This document shows, one piece after another, positions 1 through 15,300 of a stretch of 64,000 bases of DNA (position 1 is the first letter of the stretch; every line of letters starts with the position of its first letter). Position numbers and translations under genes: made by a program. The stretch comes from Methanobacteriota archaeon (GTDB lineage Archaea > Thermoplasmatota > Poseidoniia > Poseidoniales > Poseidoniaceae): the NCBI GenBank assembly GCA_018691345.1, contig JABGTJ010000039.1:33074-97073 (forward strand), written 5' to 3'. A model generated the notes under the pieces. The model saw only the letters and a program-made list of their open reading frames with translations. It made no database searches and had not been told where the DNA came from.

Positions 1-1452
1 ATCTGGAAGGGGTATGGCTTCTTCCACTTCAAGACGGAGTTCTAATCGTTGTCCGTCTAGCATGCCCCACGTCGAACCTGTTTGGGTCACAAGAACCTGT
101 TCTGGTACGCCTGGATAGGATGCATCCCAGAGTTGTTGCAATCGGTTTTCAATCAGCTCATCCAATTGTATCTCGGTATCCGATTGGACTTCATCACCCA
201 AGGCCCACATGGGATGTAGAATCCCCCCGACGAGGAGGAAAAGTACACCCGGAGTGAAAAACCCAAACCTAAGAAGCGAAGAGGTTGAATTCCGTAAGCC
301 ATCAAAAACAAACCCTGCGAACAAAAGGAGAGAGAGGAAAAGGAAGCCTGAAGAATGCCTTGAAAGCGAAACTGGGGCATCTTCATCGCCAAGAAGAGCA
401 CTACCTGCTGGATAGAACGCTTTTCCATCGAAATCTGCAGGTGTAACTGGACCAGCGCCTTCAAACGCGAGTTGCCCAGTCCAAGCATACGGTTGGAATT
501 TACCAGCAGTTCCTCCAAAACAGAAGGTGTAGTCACCAACTGGCATAGCTCTCCAACGGTAAGTCGTTCGAGTCGAATCATCGTCTTCCCGAACAATGAC
601 TTCGGGAGAATTCGATAATCTTCCTGAAGGTTGGATAAGGTCTGGCATTCCGTGACTTTGTTGAATTTCAATCGGAACAGTCTCCCATACCAAGTAAATG
701 TTTATGACCTCGTGCTGTTCAATGGTAAACGTCCAGCAATCACGGTCTGTTTCCAAAAGTGCCCCGTAGTGTACCGTTTCAAACTCAGTAGAACGAGGTT
801 CAAGGTCACTCGATGGTTCGTCAGAGTTACGAGATTCTACATCTTCAGACCAAGGTATTTGCAGTTCCATTGATGAAGCCCCTCTCAAGTGTAATTCCCA
901 TGTACCTGGTCGGTCGAGAACAAAGGTCATTCGAAGGCGAACTGGGTCATCCGGCCATAGAACACGGTCGCCGTTGAGATTGAGTGATTCGTCCTCAAGA
1001 GTGTAGGGGCTTGTCGTTGATAAAGATGGAACAAAATCTGCTTCAAAATTCCATTCAGTCACCGATGAGCCAAGAATAAGTGAAACATCCAATTCAGGTT
1101 TGTTGTATCCTGAAACCTCTCCGGTAAAACGCAAATCCAAAATCATCGAATCCAACAACGTTGGGAGCAATGCTAACTCAACTTGTCTGGGGTCCATCTC
1201 AAATTCAAGCGTGACCGTTTCTGGTTGAGCAGGGGAGGCAAAAATGCTGTTGGATACGACTTCTTCGCCGCTGGCAACGGAAGTGAGTTGGCATTCATCG
1301 TCTTGAATGCAGGATAAGAAAAGTTTGCCCCCGTCCGGTGATTCGGTTAGGTTTGCCTGAGAAAGAGGAGCGCAAAAGGACAACAGAAAAAGTCCGAGAA
1401 TGACTGCCATCGGCACAGGAAATGAGCGTCGAACGAGGAAAGAACGGCTCAT
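1..1452 (-). CDS. Hypothetical exported/membrane protein, partial (runs off the left edge)
   Basis: Not in the ORF track because there is no stop in the window. Hand translation from ATG 1452 gives MSRSFLVRRSFPVPMAVILGLFLLSFCAPLSQA (signal-peptide-like). The same frame is open at 1-510 with hydrophobic segments (GFLFLSLLLFAGFVF; GFFTPGVLFLLVGGIL). The middle portion was not translated codon by codon. Confidence 0.7.
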   Translation of the reverse strand, partial: MSRSFLVRRSFPVPMAVILGLFLLSFCAPLSQANLTESPDGGKLFLSCIQDDECQLTSVASGEEVVSNSIFASPAQPETVTLEFEMDPRQVELALLPTLLDSMILDLRFTGEVSGYNKPELDVSLILGSSVTEWNFEADFVPSLSTTSPYTLEDESLNLNGDRVLWPDDPVRLRMTFVLDRPGTWELHLRGASSMELQIPWSEDVESRNSDEPSSDLEPRSTEFETVHYGALLETDRDCWTFTIEQHEVINIYLVWETVPIEIQQSHGMPDLIQPSGRLSNSPEVIVREDDDSTRTTYRWRAMPVGDYTFCFGGTAGKFQPYAWTGQLAFEGAGPVTPADFDGKAFYPAGSALLGDEDAPVSLSRHSSGFLFLSLLLFAGFVFDGLRNSTSSLLRFGFFTPGVLFLLVGGILHPMWALGDEVQSDTEIQLDELIENRLQQLWDASYPGVPEQVLVTQTGSTWGMLDGQRLELRLEVEEAIPLPD

Positions 1453-1490
1453 GTTTAACCCAACGCTCCATTGTCTTTCAAATCAATGGC

Positions 1491-2039
1491 TTATTGCTGA
1501 AACAAGGATGGATTTTTCTTGTCGATAAGGACAGTGTTGCACTTTCGGCAACGATAGCGTCTGTTGGATGGTTTCTGCCTCGGAAACTCTTGACTGCAGG
1601 TCGGGCAACACCAAAGCCACACGGCTCTGGCTCTACGTAAAGTCTCGGTAAACATCGGCCCTTGCTTGCCCGCTTTGCGACCTGGCCAAGCTGCTTCTAA
1701 TTGCCGAAACAGGGTATTGTGAGCACGTAAACCGAGGGCATGTATGTATTCGTGATGCAAGACAAAAGCAGAATAAGCCTTCCATTCAATGTTGAGCATT
1801 TGAGGGTGGATTTCAATCACTTCAACGTCGTTTGGTTGCAGTGAGTGTACATCAACACCCCGTTTCCACCGAGTAATACCATGGCGCTGCGTGGCGTTTT
1901 TCCTCAAAACACCTAAAGGGATGCTGCGTAAATCTTCGACTTGGGCATCAACCCATTCAGGCATATCCAACATAACTTCGAGGACAAAATCTCGTAGTTC
2001 GTCCAAGAGTAATACCTGCTCTTTGTTGGGTTTTGCCAT
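1491..2039 (-). CDS. SprT-like zinc metalloprotease with C-terminal zinc ribbon
   Basis: HHEYIH (HExxH) followed by a downstream H (AHNTLF); C-terminal CPTC...CRKC. Start taken at MAKPNK (ORF track start 2057). Confidence 0.7.
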   Translation of the reverse strand: MAKPNKEQVLLLDELRDFVLEVMLDMPEWVDAQVEDLRSIPLGVLRKNATQRHGITRWKRGVDVHSLQPNDVEVIEIHPQMLNIEWKAYSAFVLHHEYIHALGLRAHNTLFRQLEAAWPGRKAGKQGPMFTETLRRARAVWLWCCPTCSQEFPRQKPSNRRYRCRKCNTVLIDKKNPSLFQQ

Positions 2040-2047
2040 AGGGGGAT

Positions 2048-2515
2048 TCAACTCCAACGATGATAGGCAGGATGGCCCTCTTTGACCGCTACAAATAATC
2101 CGCTACCTGTGGCACAAACTTTCCCATTTGCTTCCAAAAGCAATTCAATTTCTGCACGGTCCTCACTTAATTCTTTGATTTGACTTGTTACTTTCAACGG
2201 AATGTCAACCGGAGTCGGTCTGCGAAGGTTAACGGTATACGAAGCGGTTACGGTACAAGGTGGTTCATCCAAACCTTGTGCGTCCATCAGGGCTACAGCA
2301 GCAGTCCAGTTACCGTGGCAATCAAGAAGCGTTCCGATGATTCCACCGTTAATCATGCCAGGGAAAGCTTGGTGATGAGATTCAGGTACATATTCCAAGG
2401 AAAGACCGTTCTCGATTCTGACGCTGTTCATTCGTAATCCTTTTTCATTGGCTGGACCGCAACCAAAACAAATCGAAGTTGGAGCGTATTGGCGCTGGAC
2501 ACCGATCTCTTCCAT
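2048..2515 (-). CDS. PaaI-family (hot-dog fold) thioesterase
   Basis: CFGCGPANEKGL, GMINGGIIGTLLD and VTASYTVNLRRPTP motifs. Start taken at MEEIG. Confidence 0.85.
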   Translation of the reverse strand: MEEIGVQRQYAPTSICFGCGPANEKGLRMNSVRIENGLSLEYVPESHHQAFPGMINGGIIGTLLDCHGNWTAAVALMDAQGLDEPPCTVTASYTVNLRRPTPVDIPLKVTSQIKELSEDRAEIELLLEANGKVCATGSGLFVAVKEGHPAYHRWS

Positions 2516-2606
2516 ACCAGTGGCAAGACCTGCAAGCACTTGTTTTCTTTGCTTGGAGGGACGAACATATACGCATTCTTATTGAGGGAGTGAGTATGCA
2601 CGAACC

Positions 2607-3938
2607 ATGGCAGGTAAGAAGCGTAAGGCGAAAGCAAAGATTCGCGTAGCGCATGAACTGCCCCGAAGACGCAGAAATGCAATTCAAGAAGCAATGGCTG
2701 CACACAAACCGGAAGACCGCCCGGAATGGGATCGAGGAGCCAAATGGAGCAATACTCGATTCTATCGTAAAATCATCAAACCGGGGACCATGCGAACCGT
2801 TCACATGCCCTTGTTGGAAACGGACCTCGGAGATTCGTGGCCGATACCTGTAACTATTCTTCATGGAAGCCGACCAGGCCCAACGATTACCATACTTGGT
2901 GGCGTGCATGGCGATGAATTAACTGGACCGTCAACCTGCACACATTTGCTTTCGAACGCTTTTACTGATGAGGGAAAACCGCTCGACCCGACAAAAATGG
3001 CCGGTACCATTCGAATTGTACCGATTGTTAACCTCCCAGGCTACCGCGCAAAATCGAGATACTTCCCCGATGGACGTGACCTCAATCGACATTTCCCCGG
3101 AGACCCCAAAGGCTCAACCACCAAGCGTGTTGCCGCCCAGACATGGAAGTACTTGTTTTCAGATGCTGATGCGATTGTAGATTTACACAGCGCTGGAAAA
3201 GGCAGGTCAAATATGCCTCAAATTCGAGCAAACTTGGCGCATGCTGGCTCAAATATACTTGCCAAAGCATTTGGTATTGAAATCATACTGGATTCAAAAC
3301 CTCCCTCTGGCTCACTCCGTAAAGCAGCGATTGCCCTCGACATCCCCGTCGTCACGTACGAAGGTGGAGGTGCAAATACTCTGGACCACGAATCGGTAAA
3401 AGTCGCCATGCATGGAGTTCTCAATGTATTACGCTCGTTCCGTATGATTGATGGAAACCCCCTTCGCCCTCGCTTCCGTATGCTCGCAAGTGGCTCGCAT
3501 TGGTTGAGGGCCGGTGAAGGAGGTCTACTCGACATGTTTGTCTCTGCAGGCTCAGTCATGCGTGAGGGGGAAGTGATTGCAACAATTTCAGACCCGGGAA
3601 CACCAGGCATCACCGTTGATGTTGTAGCACCCGAAGATGGCCTTCTCATTGGTGCAGCAACCAATCCATTCACTGCCGCAGGAATGCCAGTAGGCCACTT
3701 TTTGCCCATATCGAAACATCTGAAACTGCTCAGCGACCAGATTGATACAAACGGGAGATTCCTCGTTTGTGGCTCACAAGGCGAAGCGGTATGGAGAGAA
3801 GAGCAAGACATTGATGAGGTGGCTGTTGAAGGCGATTGGAGTGGAGGAAGTGTTGATTCAGAATGGACAATTACCAAAGAAATCAATGAAACTCAAGGCG
3901 ACACCTTCAGTGACAATGAAGAAGAAGCTGAAGCGTGA
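2607..3938 (+). CDS. Succinylglutamate desuccinylase/aspartoacylase (M14-like) family protein
   Basis: GGVHGDE, RDLNRHFPG, IVDLHS and YEGG motifs; C-terminal barrel-sandwich segment; basic N-terminal and acidic C-terminal extensions. Confidence 0.85.
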   Translation: MAGKKRKAKAKIRVAHELPRRRRNAIQEAMAAHKPEDRPEWDRGAKWSNTRFYRKIIKPGTMRTVHMPLLETDLGDSWPIPVTILHGSRPGPTITILGGVHGDELTGPSTCTHLLSNAFTDEGKPLDPTKMAGTIRIVPIVNLPGYRAKSRYFPDGRDLNRHFPGDPKGSTTKRVAAQTWKYLFSDADAIVDLHSAGKGRSNMPQIRANLAHAGSNILAKAFGIEIILDSKPPSGSLRKAAIALDIPVVTYEGGGANTLDHESVKVAMHGVLNVLRSFRMIDGNPLRPRFRMLASGSHWLRAGEGGLLDMFVSAGSVMREGEVIATISDPGTPGITVDVVAPEDGLLIGAATNPFTAAGMPVGHFLPISKHLKLLSDQIDTNGRFLVCGSQGEAVWREEQDIDEVAVEGDWSGGSVDSEWTITKEINETQGDTFSDNEEEAEA

Positions 3939-5195
3939 TCACGCATTCAGGAAGGACTCAACGGTATCTTTGACCTCTTGGTCTTCCATGTTGCGGCGCT
4001 GACTCTTAGCAACTTCAAACACGTGCGCAACCAAATCATCGGATGCTTCGTAGCCGTTTTGTTCAAGCCACCAAATGATGTTTGAGCGTCCAGCCATATG
4101 TCCGATTCGAATCACTTGCTTGAGACCAAAGTCGCCGGCAGGAACACCGGAATAGACTCGGTCAGCCAACCAGTGGTCGCCTTTCTTCATGGCTTTGATG
4201 ACGGCTGATGCATGAACACCGGTTCCGGTTTCAAAGGCATCCATTCCAAACACTGGATAATTTCGAGGGAGCGGGACTTCGATGTACTCGTTTGCCTTTT
4301 GCATGTAAGCATCAAGTTGCGTTAAATCGTTTTCAATGACACCGAGGAGTTTCAAATTGACGAGTGTTTGGTCAAGAGGAGCGTTACCTGCTCGCTCACC
4401 GACCCCAAGAGCGGTTCCATGAATCACATCTGCACCGGCTTCAACCGCTGCGATGTTATTTGCAACGCCGAGACCACGGTCTTGATGACCGTGCCAGTTC
4501 ACTTCAATTTCTGAGCGTTTGTAGCCTGAATCTTTGATAACTTCTTCGTCAATGAATTGGAGCAGTTGCTTGACACCGTTTGGAGTCACGTGCCCACATG
4601 TGTCGCAAATACACAGACGTCGTGCACCCAACTCCATAGCTCGTTCGTAGATGAGTTTGACATCCTCTGGCTTTGAACGGGTTGTGTCTTCTGTGACGAA
4701 CATTACTGGAACATCATTGTCCACAGCGTATGAGACGGCTTTCTCCATGGTTGCAAGGAGTTTGTCCATTGTCCATCCTTCTGTGTATTGGCGTATTGGG
4801 CTGGTACCGAGGAAAGCACTGGCTTGAATTGGAATTCCGTGTTTTGCTTGCATTTCAACAAGAGGTTCAATGTCACTCATGAGGGTACGAACGGCTGCAC
4901 CGGGTCGAATCTGAAAATCGTTCTCAGTAATATGGGACAGCATAGCATCAATGTGTTCCAAATGGAACGGACCTGCTCCTGGAAGTCCAAGGTCGACTTT
5001 CTGAATTCCTAGTTTTTCCATGAAACTTAGCAGTTCAATCTTTTGATCAATGGTTGGATTGCGTGCGCTGGGGCTTTGCAGTCCGTCTCGAAGCGTCTCG
5101 TCATCGAACCAAACACCGTGCGGATGATTCGCAGGGTTTCTGTTCAAATCGTAATCAACTGTATTCCAATCATAAATCAAAGAGCGCTCTTCCAT
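3939..5195 (-). CDS. LeuA-family (2-isopropylmalate/homocitrate/citramalate synthase-like) DRE-TIM enzyme, short form without regulatory domain
   Basis: DETLRDGLQ, HGHQDRGLG, GVGERAGNA and GVHAS motifs; 418 aa. Substrate cannot be determined from sequence. Confidence 0.85.
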   Translation of the reverse strand: MEERSLIYDWNTVDYDLNRNPANHPHGVWFDDETLRDGLQSPSARNPTIDQKIELLSFMEKLGIQKVDLGLPGAGPFHLEHIDAMLSHITENDFQIRPGAAVRTLMSDIEPLVEMQAKHGIPIQASAFLGTSPIRQYTEGWTMDKLLATMEKAVSYAVDNDVPVMFVTEDTTRSKPEDVKLIYERAMELGARRLCICDTCGHVTPNGVKQLLQFIDEEVIKDSGYKRSEIEVNWHGHQDRGLGVANNIAAVEAGADVIHGTALGVGERAGNAPLDQTLVNLKLLGVIENDLTQLDAYMQKANEYIEVPLPRNYPVFGMDAFETGTGVHASAVIKAMKKGDHWLADRVYSGVPAGDFGLKQVIRIGHMAGRSNIIWWLEQNGYEASDDLVAHVFEVAKSQRRNMEDQEVKDTVESFLNA

Positions 5196-5278
5196 TGAAC
5201 ATCACCGCATCAGCCGACTTGGGCCGGTGCATGACGAGTCACAATGGAGTCATGTTTCAATGCGTCGGCTGAAGAAAA

Positions 5279-10019
<4,741 letters not shown>

Positions 10020-10342
10020 TCAAAGGGGTATATTTGTGCTTCAAAATGAATTGAAAATTACGAGATTATCCGAGATAATTTTGGCTCGCAGTCCACTATT
10101 TCCCCTACCTCACGCCCCTCTACATACATACCCTGTGACGAGGGGGTATAAAGATACTGCAAAAGGGGTGTCAAATGGCGTCGGTAAAGCCCGCGAAATA
10201 CCGCCACTAAAGGGGAAAATAAACACCGTTTTTGTGACCTTCTGAGACGGGGATTTTCGAACCGAAAAACCAACTTTTGAAGAAGCAGTTTCAACACCTT
10301 ACAAGCGAGAGCGTTAAGAAGCCGTCCAAAGTCGCCGAAAGT

Positions 10343-11146
10343 ATGCCCAACCCGAAGATATGCGTCTCTCTCGAAGAAACAACCGTCAAAGCAATGGTTG
10401 ACGAAGCCGCTCGCGCCGGAATTCAAGGAGCAGACATGGTCGAAGTTCGATTTGACCGATTGTACCTTACCAAGCCTCAAGCCACCGTCGTCGAAGACGA
10501 AGAAGGAAACCGAACATCCACCATGCCTCCAGTCAACGACTGGGCTGTTGCAGATGTATCGGAACTCGATGTTGCTGAATCAATTGCTGCATTGAAAGAA
10601 GGAATTCCTCTCCCTGTCGTCTTTGCAGTTCGCCCAGTCCGTGAAGGCGGTCATTTCCCTGGAAATGAAGAAGAACGCATTGCAATACTTCAACACGCAG
10701 TGAGCTCAAACGTAGCGTGGATTGACCTCGAAATTTCCATTGTGGACAAAGAGCGCAAAGCACTGGTCAAGGCAGCAAAGGCAGCAAGTTGCCAAATTAT
10801 CGCATCGCAACACGATGTCGAAGGAACACCAAGCGCTGAAGAAATCATAACTATGGTTTCTGAAAACGGAGAGCATGGTGATGTTTTCAAGTACTGCAGT
10901 ACCGTCAACGACCACCAAGATGCATTGCAGCTTATTGATGCAGCGAACACACTATCTACTCAAGATTCAACACCGCTTTACAGCCTCATGGCTCTAGGCA
11001 ACGGCGGTGACTGGGCTCGACTCCACGCACCCACACTCGGCCAAGAAATGGTCTACGCAACCATGCGTGATGAATTCCGACTCTCTGACAAGGGCCTTGT
11101 GAACGTTCGAGACCTCCAAGATGCTTGGAGACTCCTTGAGTATTGA
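10343..11146 (+). CDS. aroD: Type I 3-dehydroquinate dehydratase
   Basis: ADMVEVRFD, R..REGG, WIDLE, ASQHD (His), FKY (Schiff-base Lys), MALGNGG. Start taken at MPNPK. Confidence 0.85.
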   Translation: MPNPKICVSLEETTVKAMVDEAARAGIQGADMVEVRFDRLYLTKPQATVVEDEEGNRTSTMPPVNDWAVADVSELDVAESIAALKEGIPLPVVFAVRPVREGGHFPGNEEERIAILQHAVSSNVAWIDLEISIVDKERKALVKAAKAASCQIIASQHDVEGTPSAEEIITMVSENGEHGDVFKYCSTVNDHQDALQLIDAANTLSTQDSTPLYSLMALGNGGDWARLHAPTLGQEMVYATMRDEFRLSDKGLVNVRDLQDAWRLLEY

Positions 11147-11185
11147 AGACGCTTACAGCCTCTTTAGAACGGCTTTTTTGCCAGT

Positions 11186-12334
11186 TCAAGTTTGGTCCAC
11201 TGGCAAGGGATGTTCCTCGATTGAACTGTTGTGTTGAAGTGATTCGAGAGGGATTGGTTCCGGGAGTGGGACTGGTTCTTGCCATTCCTTGGCTGTCGGT
11301 TCCAGATCGTCCCCTTGACCGGGACGTTGCGCGGGAGTATCAAGGGACGGAACGATGTTTTGCACTTCTTCTGTCATCATGAGCCCAGCCTTCATGTAAC
11401 GGGCGTTGAGGATGAACGGTGCAACAAGCGTAGCCAGGAACCCTACAAGGAATACAATCGCCACAGTGTAAGGCGGTAGAACCAGACTTCGTTCAGTCGT
11501 AATAATGGTAATATCAGCAGCCACAATCGTATCTGGCGCTTCAGCATCAAAGTCATGCACGTTATCCCATGTGTCGACGACGATGTAGAAGTCTTGCCAG
11601 TCGGTTCCAGAGAAGAACGAGGTGTAAATTTCAGGACCGTCGAGGTTTAAAGCAAAATTAACCTCTGAAGTTTTCTCATACTCGTGTGAATCACGGAATG
11701 ACTTCCATCCAAGGAAATTGAAACTTCTCCATTCCGGTGGAATATCCGATAAAGAATCTTGAACATCGCCGTTGAAGTACCATGCGTCTTCATCGTGACT
11801 TGAGTGGTATGATTCTTCATAATTTGAGTATTGTTCTGAAGTGAAGAGGTAGACATCTGCATTGACCGGATTGAAATTCGTATCCTGTAATGTTATGCAG
11901 ACGGTTGTACGGAAATCAGCCGAGAGGTTGACACGCAAGGCACCAACGCTGTCGTTTCCGATGAGCATGGTTGTGAAATGATTCACTTCCAAAGGATCGA
12001 GACGGGGATTGTAATAGTTGTTGTACATCCATGGCTCTTCCGGACTCAGTTCAGCGTTATAGCCCGGTTGAGAAGAAGAGGATTTCGGTGGTTCCCCTTC
12101 ATCACGTTCCATTTCCATTTCATCTTCATAGTAGTAACCACTCCACCACATGCTGTTATGGTGCGGAACAAGAGACGTGCGTTGAACGGTTTCGTTCCAA
12201 AGCACAGGAGTTGTGTCACCTGCGCACGCATCTGCTGCCTGCACCTGAACCGCCAATGGCGATGAAAACGACATTAAGAACAAAGGCAGGAGGAGGGTCA
12301 AGGTGATTGAACCAACTCGGATGTGTGTTGACAT
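11186..12334 (-). CDS. Hypothetical exported, membrane-anchored protein
   Basis: Signal peptide, acidic/aromatic ectodomain, one TM near the C-terminus, Pro/Glu-rich tail. Confidence 0.7.
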   Translation of the reverse strand: MSTHIRVGSITLTLLLPLFLMSFSSPLAVQVQAADACAGDTTPVLWNETVQRTSLVPHHNSMWWSGYYYEDEMEMERDEGEPPKSSSSQPGYNAELSPEEPWMYNNYYNPRLDPLEVNHFTTMLIGNDSVGALRVNLSADFRTTVCITLQDTNFNPVNADVYLFTSEQYSNYEESYHSSHDEDAWYFNGDVQDSLSDIPPEWRSFNFLGWKSFRDSHEYEKTSEVNFALNLDGPEIYTSFFSGTDWQDFYIVVDTWDNVHDFDAEAPDTIVAADITIITTERSLVLPPYTVAIVFLVGFLATLVAPFILNARYMKAGLMMTEEVQNIVPSLDTPAQRPGQGDDLEPTAKEWQEPVPLPEPIPLESLQHNSSIEEHPLPVDQT

Positions 12335-12382
12335 GGCTCCCCCTCAAGATGCTATTAGCGAGGAGGTTATACAAACTAACGG

Positions 12383-15300
12383 TCAACTTCTTCGGCGAAG
12401 TGGCCGAATATATCCGCTGTCGTCACTCCTGCGTTCATCTTTGGATAGAATTCCGGGAGCAGGCGGGGGAGTATGGTGATCCATCCCCAATAATCCGCCT
12501 TGACTTTCGACATGCTCTACATCGGTATAGGCCTCTGCGGCTTGCTTTGCTTCATCTTCAAGATCCGACGGTTCTCGCATAACCAGCCATCCGAGGATAA
12601 GAGCGACTGAAATCAGTGCCACAAGAGTAGCCAAATCCGAACCAGCATCGGTCAACCAACTTTTCCAATCTTCTACGCTAAAGTCCGAAAGAGAAGGAGG
12701 GTCTGATGGCTCTGGACTGACTTCAATTTCAAGGTCCATACGATCACAAATGCCTACACTGTCGCAGACTTCCAGTCGTATTGTGTAGAGGCCTACTTCA
12801 TCCCATGAACCAGAAACTCGGCTTTCTGAGCCTGCAATTGGGTCAATCCAATCGTCTGCTGGGTCCCCGTTTTCATTCGCATCAACCTCTATGTCGAGGT
12901 CCCATCGAATAACAAGCTCAGGACTGAGCGTTTCGTCTCGGTCCGAAATTGAGCCGTCGTTGACATTGGTATCTCGATAAACCGCTATGGCCAAGTCTGA
13001 TTCGATATCTGAAATGTTGGCGCTTATGGAATACGAATCGGTGACAATAATTTCCTCTTGTATGAATATATCATGAATAATCGGTGGGTGGTCAACAACG
13101 ACCGTGAAGAGTGAACGGGAAACATCCCCTGTTCCAAACGCATCTCGAACAGTGAGTGAAACGGTGTATTCCCCTGGAAGAGAATACGAATGCCAAGGTG
13201 TAGGTTCGGAATTCAAAGGAGAACCGTCGCCAAAGTCCCAAGTGTATTGGACAATTCCATTCCAGTTTGGAGAGTTTGTGTCGAGTGGAACATATTTGCC
13301 TTCAAAGGTTTGGTCCCCATCTCGAGTTCCATCAGAGTCGAAATACAACAAAGCATGCGGTGCTGCAAACGTTTCATCAGCTTCGTTGAAGGTTCGAGAC
13401 CAATCCAAATCGGTCACTTCAGGCAAGGAACTGGAATCCGTCATTTGTTCCTCATTGTACCAAGCATCAAGAATTCGAACGGATATGATTGGTAGAGGGT
13501 TAGCGATTTCAACAGTCAAGACACGAGCTATACTTTCTGCACCAGCCTCATCCGTGACGACCAAGACAACGGTATGGGTTCCTGGCAATGAAAATGTGTG
13601 GGTCACTTGTGGGCTTGAGCCAAACGTACCATCATCGGAGAAGCTCCAATTGTAAGTCAAATCGCTCGAATCACCGACCGTACCATCGGGGTCAAAAGAG
13701 TCTCTGCCGTCGAAGGTGTAAGGCGTCTCCACCTGACCATCTTCAACTCGGAAATCAATGAGAGCGGTGCCGGAACTTGTTGTTTTGACCACGAAATCAG
13801 CGACTGGTATCTGGTTTAATACCAGGATCGACAAAGCAGTTGAAACCGAACTTCCGTCGTCGTCAGTTACGGTTAATTCTGCTGATTTAATTCCGGGGGT
13901 ATCCCACGAAGGCATAGGGTTTGACTGAGAAGATGTCGTTTGTGTGAAATCGTCGTTTCGATCAGAAACGCCAACTCCCAAGTTTACTCCTTCAGGGAAG
14001 AACCAGGCATAAGACACAATGCTTCCGTCATCGTCCTTGAACACATCTGGCATTACAATCGAGTTGTAAGTTGAAGTCGAGAGATTATCCGAGAAAATCT
14101 GGTAAGGGATACGGTTGTTGACAATGACTTCGATGCTCTTCACGCCTAAATTGATGCCGTCAGATACCGTGAGAGTGAGGTCGTAAGTTGCATTCACACC
14201 GTTGATATCTCCCCATTCATGCGGTGCTTGGAAAAGACCAATGCCGCTGTCAATAACGCCGTCGCCCCAATTCCATTCAAAGGTCAAATTCTGAGTAGGT
14301 ACGTTGTCTGAAGTAAGTGAGGCTGAAAACAAAATCAGTTGCTCAGTAAGTATGGAGACTTGATTTTCGATAACAACGCCGTTAACCGTAATGAGCGGCA
14401 CAGGAGGGGAAATGTCCGTGATGTTCAATTGCAAAACATCGACATCCGACCAAGAACCTCCTTGGTCTTCGACTCGAAGTGTGGCGTTGTAAAGTCCGAT
14501 GTCCTCGTATGAGCGAAGCGGTGATTTGAGCCCGGAGGTCGTCCCATCCCCAAAGTTCCACGCATAAGCAACGGGTGAATCAGAATACGGCAAGGAATTG
14601 TTGTCGAAAGAGAGACCCCAAGCGTCAAATCCATCGCCAGTGAATTGGATGTTTTCCCAAGTTTGAGATTCATTTGGAGCAACGGTACCGTTCGCAGTGG
14701 GTTTCATGTTGTCCAAAATCTGGGGAGATGTCGACAAGGTGTCAACAGTGGTACCAATCATGTCGGTCATTTCCATCTCGAAGGTAAATTGAGAGTTTTT
14801 TGGAGCAGTGAACCAAATGCTTTCCTCAGTGGGGACGCCGCCACCTGCTGAAACTCTCTTCGTTTGCGTGTCGATTACGATTCCACTGCTGTCAAGAACC
14901 TTGGTCGTCACGTCTAAATCTTCAAAAAAGGCGTTTGAGAAGACTTGGTAGTTAATTTGAGCAGTATCTGATGCCCCATCACCGTCTCGATCGCTCAGTA
15001 CGGTGTTGTTGAGAGTGAGCGTTGCAGGGGAAGTGATTCGCGCTGCTTCGATATCGACGGTGCCTTGAGGATATGATGGTCCACACGAAGTATAATCGCA
15101 ATCAGCAACGGTACTCGCGTACCATGTGATGGCCCACACTTCGTTGGTGAGGTTACCGAATCCTGGAATAAGTGCGGTTGCAACGTTGCTTTGGAAATCT
15201 AAGTCAGTCACCGACCATAATCCATCCGCAGTTGCCTTCGACACCACAACGCCATCAAATTGACTCACATCAGCGGTCAGTCGCATAGTGAGAGGGGCCG

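Noticed and set aside
153-873. Short ORFs in the track (153-671, 209-415, 631-873)
   Set aside because: They are shadow frames of the long minus-strand ORF that starts at 1452 and runs off the window.
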